A stretch of 28,129 nt of DNA from Candidatus Thorarchaeota archaeon (GTDB lineage Archaea; Asgardarchaeota; Thorarchaeia; Thorarchaeales; Thorarchaeaceae), in the NCBI GenBank assembly GCA_016933575.1, contig JAFGAR010000099.1, forward strand, positions 1 to 28,129. The letters are read 5' to 3'. Positions 1 to 9,177 of the stretch are shown in pieces; position 1 is the first letter of the stretch; every line of letters begins with the position of its first letter. The notes beneath the pieces were generated by a model. The model had not been told where the DNA came from. It did no database searches and worked only from the letters and a program-made list of their open reading frames with translations. The position numbers and the translations under genes are program-made.

Positions 1-2555
1 ATTGCAAAAGTAGATCCCGTGTTTAGGGAATTGCAACACTATCTGCTCTCTGTGGAACAGACCAGACCAAGTTCGAATTGCAAAAGTAGATCCCGTGTTT
101 AGGGAATTGCAACTGGATGGTCGTTGGCAGTCTGTCCCTTCCTGACGACATTGCAAAAGTAGATCCCGTGTTTAGGGAATTGCAACTCTCCTTCGTTCAT
201 CGTGTCGCAGACTCCAAATCTGAATTGCAAAAGTAGATCCCGTGTTTAGGGAATTGCAACACCTGTTCCGCCACCGAAGTCAACAACGAGGTTAAAGATT
301 GCAAAAGTAGATCCCGTGTTTAGGGAATTGCAACTCATCATTCCTTGAGTGTACTTTGAGTAAGGTATTGCAAAAGTAGATCCCGTGTTTAGGGAATTGC
401 AACCTCCACCAGGTGCATGATCTCCTGGTCGGCAATGAATTGCAAAAGTAGATCCCGTGTTTAGGGAATTGCAACTCAAGCATCTGTCCCTGCTTCCTGA
501 TCTCATCCATCTATTGCAAAAGTAGATCCCGTGTTTAGGGAATTGCAACATGAAGTCTTCTGAAGACTTCAGAGCTTCATCCTTTGATTGCAAAAGTAGA
601 TCCCGTGTTTAGGGAATTGCAACTCCGTTCAAACAGGTCATCTATGGAAACGACACGGTATTGCAAAAGTAGATCCCGTGTTTAGGGAATTGCAACTTAG
701 ACCGACTTCGACCATTGTAAACTTTGAGTCGTATTGCAAAAGTAGATCCCGTGTTTAGGGAATTGCAACTAAATAGTCAAATCTTCGTTCTTCGCCAAGA
801 AAGAAAATTGCAAAAGTAGATCCCGTGTTTAGGGAATTGCAACATTAGTTCCATCATAGAATTTATCAACAAGCTCTACATTGCAAAAGTAGATCCCGTG
901 TTTAGGGAATTGCAACTCATGTCGCAGCTTCAATGGTGATATTGACCAAATACATTGCAAAAGTAGATCCCGTGTTTAGGGAATTGCAACTCTTCTCACC
1001 ATAGATGGTTCGATATCTGCCAGTGATGGATTGCAAAAGTAGATCCCGTGTTTAGGGAATTGCAACAACCAGTCTTGGAAATCATTCTCGTCAACGAAGC
1101 CACATTGCAAAAGTAGATCCCGTGTTTAGGGAATTGCAACCCGCCTGCGTGGCTGTACTGCGCGTAGGTGATCCACATTGCAAAAGTAGATCCCGTGTTT
1201 AGGGAATTGCAACGCAACCTGCTCCTGCACGATCTGTACGGTGCAGTCATTGCAAAAGTAGATCCCGTGTTTAGGGAATTGCAACTCGATGGCCATGGCA
1301 TTGATCGTGAAGTCACGACGGGCATTGCAAAAGTAGATCCCGTGTTTAGGGAATTGCAAATTGCAAGAAGGTATTATGTCGGGAGATCTATCTCGACATT
1401 GCAAAAGTAGATCCCGTGTTTAGGGAATTGCAACTACTGGATTCCATCTCGCATCACCTTCGGATTGCAATATTGCAAAAGTAGATCCCGTGTTTAGGGA
1501 ATTGCAACCTATTATACCATCCAATCTCGTACTATGTGTGTGTAGGAATTGCAAAAGTAGATCCCGTGTTTAGGGAATTGCAACTTGTTCAACATCTCAT
1601 CAGTAACATCTAACAAACCGAATTGCAAAAGTAGATCCCGTGTTTAGGGAATTGCAACCTCCCGATGTGGGCGTGCACATCGTCAATTTGCTTCTTGATT
1701 GCAAAAGTAGATCCCGTGTTTAGGGAATTGCAACATATTCCTCACACACTTCTCCCATATCAAAAGAACAAATTGCAAAAGTAGATCCCGTGTTTAGGGA
1801 ATTGCAACAGAAAAGAATCGAACAACGTGTCAGATGTCTCTGCTATTGCAAAAGTAGATCCCGTGTTTAGGGAATTGCAACCTAGACAAAAGTCTAGCTT
1901 ACTGATTTCTTCTTTCCCAATTGCAAAAGTAGATCCCGTGTTTAGGGAATTGCAACCTTGTCAGGAACCTTGACCTTCGTGAACTCATCTACGAATTGCA
2001 AAAGTAGATCCCGTGTTTAGGGAATTGCAACTCCCGCATTCATTAAAATGGGAGAACTCGGAAGAGCTTTCATTGCAAAAGTAGATCCCGTGTTTAGGGA
2101 ATTGCAACTCATCTCTGGACCTGTGAAATCGATTGTCATTTTTTTAATTGCAAAAGTAGATCCCGTGTTTAGGGAATTGCAACGTCTATTCATGCGATAT
2201 GGGCGATGAAGTGACATTAAGATTGCAAAAGTAGATCCCGTGTTTAGGGAATTGCAACCTACTGAGGTATATGCGAGAGGATGAAGGGTGTTGCATTGCA
2301 AAAGTAGATCCCGTGTTTAGGGAATTGCAACTTCTTGACTCTGGAATTGGAGTTGGCGGTCCCTGCGTTATTGCAAAAGTAGATCCCGTGTTTAGGGAAT
2401 TGCAACTCGAGGACGATTCGCCATCGACCTTTTCGAATATCTATTGCAAAAGTAGATCCCGTGTTTAGGGAATTGCAGCACTATGTAGCCGCACAAGACT
2501 GGCCAGAGCTTACTCCAGATTGTAAAAGTAGACCTCGCGAAATGGGAACTATAAG
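1..2555 (+). CRISPR. CRISPR array 1: 34 repeats ATTGCAAAAGTAGATCCCGTGTTTAGGGAATTGCAAC (37 bp) plus one degenerate terminal repeat; 34 spacers; probably truncated at window start
   Basis: Repeats start at 1, 77, 150, 224 ... 2370, 2443. Spacers are unique, about 32-40 bp. Repeat 34 ends GCAGC, and the copy at 2519-2555 matches 25/37, marking the trailer on the right. The 3' end ATTGCAAC resembles the usual ATTGAAAC 8-nt handle, so transcription is on +. Confidence 0.99.
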
Positions 2556-2760
2556 AATTCTCTAACCATCGATTCTCCAATGTATGAGCGCAAGAACAGA
2601 TCTCTGTTATGCATCGCAATTTGATGGTTCCTTTCATCGGATATCCATAGTGCATTTATGCTCCTATTTGAAAACGAGGTTGCCTTACACAAGAAGAGAT
2701 TGCAAAGCATTTTAGTATCGCTTCATCATTACACCAAACTGTATTCACGGAGGATATTTG

Positions 2761-3894
2761 ATGGACGCCCCAAATTGCATCATTGTTGTAGTAGGATCTA
2801 ATCCTCTTCCAAATTTGCTTGTTGTCGCAACAGAGATGGCACACGGAACTCGATTTAGAACGATTCATCTGATTCACTCTGATGAGACGTCGCATGTTGC
2901 ACAAAGGCTGGCGCGATTGTTCAAGTCGCTCAGAGTAAATCCTAACTTCATTTCCGTTAGTTCGTCAACTATGGCACAACAATGCCGGGATTGCATTTCT
3001 ACTTCGATGGGCAACTGCAGACTTGATTACACAGGTGGAACTAAGGTTATGTCTGCCAATACATACTGGCAGTGGCGTCAGCATGGAGGTACAGACGAGC
3101 TTGCATCCTATGTTGATGATAGATCAGGAGTTCTTAGATATGATAATGGCGAAGTTAGGGACCTCGTAATCGGTGTTGGCTTGAAGGATCTTGTTGAAAT
3201 CCATGGGTTGAGTTTGATCCGGACTAGACAGGCAATAAAAGGCGGCCCAACAGCTACAGACGCGAAGCAGATCGCATCAAAGGTTGTACGCAGGTGGAGT
3301 CTTGCGAATGAGATACGAGAGGCCAGTTCAGAGAGGAATCTGCCCATGGATTTCTCAGCTTTTGGGCTAGATCTAAGCATATCTGGAATTGACATCAACC
3401 TGGAGGCAGACCTTCTTAATGTATGGAAGATATTCCTCAGAGGGGGATGGCTGGAGGAATGGATCGCCGCACTCATACAGGAAACGAAGGTCATTGAGAA
3501 AAGGCGTATTCATACTGGTGTTGAGGTAGGAATTGTTGGAGGTAGTTTCGAGCTCGACGTTGTCGCTATTCATCGTCACAGGGCTCATGTTTTGAGTGCA
3601 ACTACTAAAAGTGACTTCCAGGCGTCCAAGCTCAAGCTCTTCGAAGCAATGCAGAGGTCAAAGCAACTAGGAGGATCACTGGCTAGAGCTGCTATTGTTG
3701 TCCCGTTGCGGAAGAAAAGGAATAATTTTGGTGATTTGAATGATCAAGTAAGTGCACTTGAGCAAACCTCGTCGGAGATGTGGGGGCTTCCTAATCCACC
3801 GCGAGTATTTGGATTGGAGGATATGAAGAAGTGGGTTGGTATGCGAGGAAACAAACCCGATATATCGAATCTTAGGGATTGGCTAAGCACCTAG
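2761..3894 (+). CDS. can2: CARF domain + restriction-fold nuclease (Can2/Card1, DUF1887 family), cOA-activated ancillary nuclease
   Basis: CARF motifs VVGSNPLPNL and LDYTGGTKVMS. Nuclease motifs GGWLEEW, FELDVV, LSATT, QLGG-x2-AR. GGAGG lies upstream of ATG 2761. Confidence 0.85.
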   Translation: MDAPNCIIVVVGSNPLPNLLVVATEMAHGTRFRTIHLIHSDETSHVAQRLARLFKSLRVNPNFISVSSSTMAQQCRDCISTSMGNCRLDYTGGTKVMSANTYWQWRQHGGTDELASYVDDRSGVLRYDNGEVRDLVIGVGLKDLVEIHGLSLIRTRQAIKGGPTATDAKQIASKVVRRWSLANEIREASSERNLPMDFSAFGLDLSISGIDINLEADLLNVWKIFLRGGWLEEWIAALIQETKVIEKRRIHTGVEVGIVGGSFELDVVAIHRHRAHVLSATTKSDFQASKLKLFEAMQRSKQLGGSLARAAIVVPLRKKRNNFGDLNDQVSALEQTSSEMWGLPNPPRVFGLEDMKKWVGMRGNKPDISNLRDWLST

Positions 3895-3909
3895 AAGTTC
3901 TTCGGTCAT

Positions 3910-4617
3910 CTATATATGATTCATTAGATCCCCAAAGGAACCAATCCTGACTCGGGATGGTTCTACGATTCCGAGTAGTTGTGCATCCTCCTTCGCTATT
4001 ATAGCAATCCTGTTCGTCCCTCGAACTGCTCCAAGACCTGCAGAGGATCTGGCACCAATACCGATATGTCCTGTACTAATCTCATCTAGAATGAAGAAAA
4101 GGACCTTCAGAGGTTCTTTTTGATCAATATTGGCTATTCGTACCTCAACAATCCCCTTAGAGTCTTCTGATTCCACTACCTGCTGGGAGAATAGGCCTCC
4201 CGGTGCATGTGTTTGTCGTTTTCGATCAATCCTGACATGATTACGAGTACGCACAGCTGTGTCTTCAAGCAGCACATCCGACACTTGCACTGCTCCTTTC
4301 AACGAGAAGTAGGTATCCTCATCTTCCTTCTTCGCAAAACCAAAGAGAATCTCCGACCAAAGCAGCTTCTTATTTCTACCATGTTTAAATTCGCACTCGA
4401 CAGGCTTCAGTGCCAACTTCTCCAGTCGTTCGAATTCGCTCCTCAAGACACCCTTTAGCGAGCTACGAGGGATCAGTGGATAGGAGCCAGATGTTGTTTC
4501 GACTTGAAGAACTTCTTCTCTATCGGGATCAGTCCCTCCAATACGAAGCCCAGAGCATATCTCGAGGCCGAATTTTAGAACTATTTCAGTTTTCAGCATG
4601 CTATAGTCGATGATCAA
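3910..4617 (-). CDS. cas7: Cas7-group RAMP (Csm3-like)
   Basis: LRIGG, PLIPRSSLKGVLRS, LFG, G-rich loop IGARSSAGLG; last gene of the cas operon. Confidence 0.88.
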   Translation of the reverse strand: MIIDYSMLKTEIVLKFGLEICSGLRIGGTDPDREEVLQVETTSGSYPLIPRSSLKGVLRSEFERLEKLALKPVECEFKHGRNKKLLWSEILFGFAKKEDEDTYFSLKGAVQVSDVLLEDTAVRTRNHVRIDRKRQTHAPGGLFSQQVVESEDSKGIVEVRIANIDQKEPLKVLFFILDEISTGHIGIGARSSAGLGAVRGTNRIAIIAKEDAQLLGIVEPSRVRIGSFGDLMNHI

Positions 4618-5750
4618 TGTTCTCCCTCCCAGAAGACAACCTGATTCATTTGTGATGATGTCAGAATCCGATCGCCTATTCCTTGCAATTCCAGCGCAAG
4701 AAGTTTACTAAAGTCGACTTCGGAGATATCCGGAACTCTATAGAAGAAGATGGATCCCTCCTTTGCACCAGTGATCATTGGTTTTTGCAGATTGGTAAGC
4801 ATGGACCACCCCGTGTAGGAATTCACTCTTCCATAGCTCTTTTCAAGATTGAATCCTTCAACCTCTAACACATATGGACGTGATATGAATCGATCGTTCT
4901 CCAAGACCACCGATGCGATACCACTCGTCGCTATAAGGACAAATCCCCCATAGATCTCGATTACCTTTTGAAGAGACGCTTCCTTCTCCTTCACGAACTC
5001 ACTATGGCTCTGCACAAACTCGATGTCATCTATCTCTACAATTCCCCAGCCTCGAGCTCTGCCTGCTCCGAGTTGTAGAAGGGCTCTTGACTTCTTCAGA
5101 TCCCGTATCATGTCTACCAACTCTCCTGAGGCAACTGCTATCTCCGTGATAAGAGGTGTGTGATGCGTGGTGGTCTGCATAAAGAATAAACCTCCTGACG
5201 TAGCCGACCCTGTCACTCCATCAATTGCAACTGCAGGACGTGTATTGATCTCTGGGGTCTGTAATGGTTTTCTACTAGACAAGCAAACTGGACCCGAGTA
5301 TCCTTTCCTAAAATATGGCTTCTTGTGTTTATCACAGAAAGTAGATTGAGAAAGATCTCCTCTCTTCAATAGATCCCCAGTTGCATCATATAATTGCAGA
5401 TGTTTTTTCTCACCTTCACAAGCCTTACAGGAAAGAAATGTAAATGGTGCATGGGGGACCTCCCGTGGTGTATCTGATTCAGATCTCGGAAGTGCTGGTG
5501 ATGCTTTCAGAAATCCCTCGACGGCCTCTTTCTGAAATTTGGATTTGCTGTGTTCGGACAGAGGAATTCTCTTGGCTTCCGTGTGTGGTGTCATCGTCCG
5601 TCTAATGGCTGTCAAGAACGCTCCACGCACTTTCTTTCCGGAGATGAAAGGACTTGCGGGATAGAAGTTCCGTGAAGGTAGTTCCTCTCTTGGCGAAATC
5701 TCCGAGCGTGGCTCCAACCTTATCCTTAGTCGATAAATCTCAGACATCAT
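4614..5750 (-). CDS. csx10: Cas5-group RAMP (Csx10/Cmr3-like)
   Basis: PFISGKKVRGA, LGAGRARGWG and C-terminal GWS-x3-N-x2-KP...GSIF; overlaps both neighbours. Confidence 0.75.
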   Translation of the reverse strand: MMSEIYRLRIRLEPRSEISPREELPSRNFYPASPFISGKKVRGAFLTAIRRTMTPHTEAKRIPLSEHSKSKFQKEAVEGFLKASPALPRSESDTPREVPHAPFTFLSCKACEGEKKHLQLYDATGDLLKRGDLSQSTFCDKHKKPYFRKGYSGPVCLSSRKPLQTPEINTRPAVAIDGVTGSATSGGLFFMQTTTHHTPLITEIAVASGELVDMIRDLKKSRALLQLGAGRARGWGIVEIDDIEFVQSHSEFVKEKEASLQKVIEIYGGFVLIATSGIASVVLENDRFISRPYVLEVEGFNLEKSYGRVNSYTGWSMLTNLQKPMITGAKEGSIFFYRVPDISEVDFSKLLALELQGIGDRILTSSQMNQVVFWEGEH

Positions 5751-6360
5751 CTCTTAGTAGTGCCTCCTTCATTTCTTCAAGAGTCGATTCATGCTCTCCA
5801 AGATCTATCGCGATTCTTGCTCTACTTCTACCTAGTCCCTCTTTCTCAAGCGTTTTGGTAATGAAAAGCGAGATGAACATGTCCACTATCATGTCCTCTT
5901 GTGATAGTGAGTCTGGGACATCAAGAATCATTTCAAATGCAAATCTCGATCCCGGGCTTACTACTTCATGGAAAAAGAGAGCTCCGCTTTCGACGGATCT
6001 ACGTGTAGTATCCAATCGTACTCCAGGGAGGGTTTCTGTCGGAGTAGGTGCGATCAAACGTCCATCAGAGATGACCAGTTTCCCTCTATAATCCTCCACC
6101 CCGAAGAAATCTGCAACAACTGATGCATCGTTGCGAAACGTTGAGAAATATCTCTCAAGTGAACCAGTTGCTACCCGTCTGAGAATTGGAGTCAATCTAG
6201 TCAAGTTCCATCTCAATTTCCCCCTCAGGGTGCTACCTGGAATCATTGGCTTGCCTTGCGACCTCTGAATTGCTAAAATAGGCCCACCTCCTAAGCCAAC
6301 TGATCCACTTCCTATGTGCATAGTGTCCAAAGATTGAAGCACGACATCTATCCGTTTCAT
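5740..6360 (-). CDS. cas7: Cas7-group RAMP (Csm3-like)
   Basis: MHIGSG, PMIPGSTLRGKLR, FFG...RGKLVISDG, GALFFHE. Confidence 0.9.
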   Translation of the reverse strand: MKRIDVVLQSLDTMHIGSGSVGLGGGPILAIQRSQGKPMIPGSTLRGKLRWNLTRLTPILRRVATGSLERYFSTFRNDASVVADFFGVEDYRGKLVISDGRLIAPTPTETLPGVRLDTTRRSVESGALFFHEVVSPGSRFAFEMILDVPDSLSQEDMIVDMFISLFITKTLEKEGLGRSRARIAIDLGEHESTLEEMKEALLRDDV

Positions 6361-8855
6361 TATGTTCCCCCCATCATCATCTTAGTCAGCGTTGCCGCAT
6401 CAAGTACACCCGATCTTCCATGTTCATCTCCTAGAATTAGAAGCCCAATCCTCTTGTATATCTCCGACGATCTCGTCTTCACCTCTTGACGACCCACAAG
6501 ATAAACCGTAAAGGAAACTCCCTCTGCCTTGTTTGCAGCAATGTCAGGTCCCGTCCCTTGTGTGGGTAGTTTCATTCGCTCCAATGGTTCCAAGCACGCC
6601 AGTGAGAAATCTTTCAATCTCGTTGGAAGATCTTTCGCTAATCCTTGATTCACCAATAAATGCTCAAGAGAGATCTTGACAAGATTCTCAGCGAGCTGTG
6701 AAGATTCATCTTGTTGGCATATCGATAATAGAATGTCGTTTTTCAAAGATTCTAGGAAGAGAGGTCTCTGGGATGTACCTTGGTGTCTCCAAGCTTCGTG
6801 AACACGAGCTATCTCCTGAGGGGCACTTAGATTTCCAGATATTCGCTCATAGTCGATCACAATTTTCGGTATAACACCCGATAATATTCTAGATCTTGAT
6901 GTTGCCTTGCAGTATCCTAGTAAAGACTCTGAGGCTGCAAGAATAAAACGTATGGGGTAATCTGGCGGGAATGAAATTATACTGCATGATAAGCTGATAG
7001 TTTTACCCATATAGGTGTGAAACAGATCCCCCAGCTTTATCACAAATTGTAACGCAAAAACAGATGGAGTCAAAACGAGAAGATCGTCGCCTCCTACATA
7101 CAGAGTGCCAAGATCAAGTTGTAACCTAAGATTATTGGCTAGATTGATCCCCATCTCTTCATTAAGCTGATCGGTAGCATGTTGCTTAACAGTATCGACT
7201 AGCCAATCCATTGATTCTGTGACTGCTCTCTCTAGGATCTCTGTTAGGAGAATGTTCTTCTCAATCATTGCGAGTAGATTGGGCACTTTAGCTATATACG
7301 CTCCAGCTAGGTTGGCATCTGCTTTTATCATCGCCAACTCCTGTTTTCCTACGCTTATAGCTGTTCCAGTATTCCCCGCGATATAATCCATAATACCATC
7401 AGAGAACTCCTGCCAAAGCATCTTAGTAATCGATTCCCCAGCAGGACGGAATGATGATGAGCTATCATACACCCTCTTGAAGGAGAATTGGTTCCCATAA
7501 TCCAACAATCTGGAACAATCACCACAGTAAGAGCGCGTTTTCGTTCCTATTCCAATAATCTTTGAAGCAGGTTCAGTTCTACACGAGTCACATCTTTTTT
7601 CGATGCCATAATAGAATTCACTTTGTTGCAGTGTCGTTAGATCATTCTTATTGAGTGTCGAGGAGATCTTTGCGTTCTCAAGGTGATCGAGAAACGACCC
7701 CGCATCATCATCAAGCGTGAATGACGTGGTTGAAAGAACCAATTTGACATGGCGCGTAATCTTTGAGAAGCCACTTACTAAGTGAGTACATAGATCCTTG
7801 GAAACAGTGTGATGGACTATAACAATGAAATTACCTCCACCTGAAGTTATACACGCTTCAAGTGGAATTCGATGCTCCCGAAGGATAGTATAAAGTGAAG
7901 GATATCCCGCCTCCGTTAAGGATGGATCATTCTTCATATAGCCATCAATTAATGAAGAAGCACCTTTCATTTGACTCAGTCTATCCGTGTTTTCAATGAA
8001 ATGCTGTATTCCTGACACATCCGCAAGTATTATCTCTAGATCACCTGTGTTTCCATTGACAGGTCGTGGTTCATACTCATTGATAGCCAATGCCTTTGTT
8101 ACTTCTTCATAGTCACCGATCGATAGTTTCTTCCATGCGGCTTGACTCTCAAAATCCTCTACCTTCCACTTCAGTATCTTACAGATAGAGGTCCTGGATG
8201 ATTTGTACGATTGAAGATATCTTACTATTTCTCGAATAGCCCTTTGAACATCTGTTTCATTGCCATCTGATTTGAGCATATCCACTGTCTGCTCGATCAA
8301 TGGATCTGGTAGAATCTGATCGAAAAGCATCCTCACCCGTTTGAGAAGCAGTTGATAGTCTATCTGTGCGCTGTCATTAAGACCAAGAAAATAGACCAGT
8401 GCTGCTAAACGCATTATGGCCAGATTCTCTCGTTCAATGTCATAGAATTTTGCTGTCAGGAAAGCGGATGTTAGGAGTGCTGCACTTATCGTACCGGTCA
8501 TATTCAATCCCGGTCTTGGATCCGGCGGAATGCTTTGCAGAGCTTCAAGATCCCGTGCAATGTTCTCCAATAGTTCATGCAACTCTATGACATCGATCTT
8601 CAACTCACTCATAACCGTAGCAGCAGCAGCTCGTCTGTCAGCGGACGAAAAGGGAGATCGAAGAAGAAGTGTGAGGATATCTGTGAGATCCCAAATCCTA
8701 TCAAAGCCGCAGATATCCTGAAATCCCAGATTCTTGAGAGTAGAATTCAAACTAACGCAAGATGCATCGATAATTGCCCCCGCATTCTCTATTGCGATAA
8801 CATATCTAGGAATCCCACCGATTAATCTTGGGGTGAAATAGCTCCTGTACAGCAT
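6360..8855 (-). CDS. cas10: Cas10 large subunit; Palm2 GGDD intact, HD domain degenerate
   Basis: ADVSGIQHFI and GGGNF (Palm1); CDSC...CGDC zinc finger; IKADAN and YVGGDDL (Palm2); N-terminal PPDPRPGLN motif. Confidence 0.95.
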   Translation of the reverse strand: MLYRSYFTPRLIGGIPRYVIAIENAGAIIDASCVSLNSTLKNLGFQDICGFDRIWDLTDILTLLLRSPFSSADRRAAAATVMSELKIDVIELHELLENIARDLEALQSIPPDPRPGLNMTGTISAALLTSAFLTAKFYDIERENLAIMRLAALVYFLGLNDSAQIDYQLLLKRVRMLFDQILPDPLIEQTVDMLKSDGNETDVQRAIREIVRYLQSYKSSRTSICKILKWKVEDFESQAAWKKLSIGDYEEVTKALAINEYEPRPVNGNTGDLEIILADVSGIQHFIENTDRLSQMKGASSLIDGYMKNDPSLTEAGYPSLYTILREHRIPLEACITSGGGNFIVIVHHTVSKDLCTHLVSGFSKITRHVKLVLSTTSFTLDDDAGSFLDHLENAKISSTLNKNDLTTLQQSEFYYGIEKRCDSCRTEPASKIIGIGTKTRSYCGDCSRLLDYGNQFSFKRVYDSSSSFRPAGESITKMLWQEFSDGIMDYIAGNTGTAISVGKQELAMIKADANLAGAYIAKVPNLLAMIEKNILLTEILERAVTESMDWLVDTVKQHATDQLNEEMGINLANNLRLQLDLGTLYVGGDDLLVLTPSVFALQFVIKLGDLFHTYMGKTISLSCSIISFPPDYPIRFILAASESLLGYCKATSRSRILSGVIPKIVIDYERISGNLSAPQEIARVHEAWRHQGTSQRPLFLESLKNDILLSICQQDESSQLAENLVKISLEHLLVNQGLAKDLPTRLKDFSLACLEPLERMKLPTQGTGPDIAANKAEGVSFTVYLVGRQEVKTRSSEIYKRIGLLILGDEHGRSGVLDAATLTKMMMGGT

Positions 8856-8856
8856 G

Positions 8857-9177
8857 TTACAACCCTCGCCCTATTTGCTTCAGCATATCATAAAGCGATA
8901 CTATCGAATCTGGATCAATGGGATGACTGATCTCAAGCACATCCAGTATTTCACGCTTAGCTCTGGGGTGAAGGATGATGTCTTGGGGGTTTCCTTTCTT
9001 GATTTGTACTTCATTTCCTTCAACAAATTGACCTTGATCAGAATACCAATTGATTGCATAGAACTCTCCGTTTCGTTCAATTATGCTCATGCCTATCTCT
9101 GCAGAAACTCGATCTAAAGATATGCATGTAGCAAGTTCTCCTACTAGTACCACGTGAAAAAGCGTCTTCTCCGTCAA
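8857..9177 (-). CDS. Small hypothetical protein inside the type III operon (possible accessory subunit)
   Basis: 106-aa ORF tightly coupled to the upstream Cas7 fusion and to cas10; no motif recognised. Confidence 0.6.
   Translation of the reverse strand: MTEKTLFHVVLVGELATCISLDRVSAEIGMSIIERNGEFYAINWYSDQGQFVEGNEVQIKKGNPQDIILHPRAKREILDVLEISHPIDPDSIVSLYDMLKQIGRGL

Noticed and set aside
551-571. 10-bp perfect inverted repeat within spacer 8
   Set aside because: A single instance inherited from the protospacer; at most it affects crRNA folding.
246-2655. ORFs with repeating peptides (LQFPKHGIYFCN, CNSLNTGSTFA, AKVDPVFRELQ)
   Set aside because: They are translations of CRISPR repeats, not genes.
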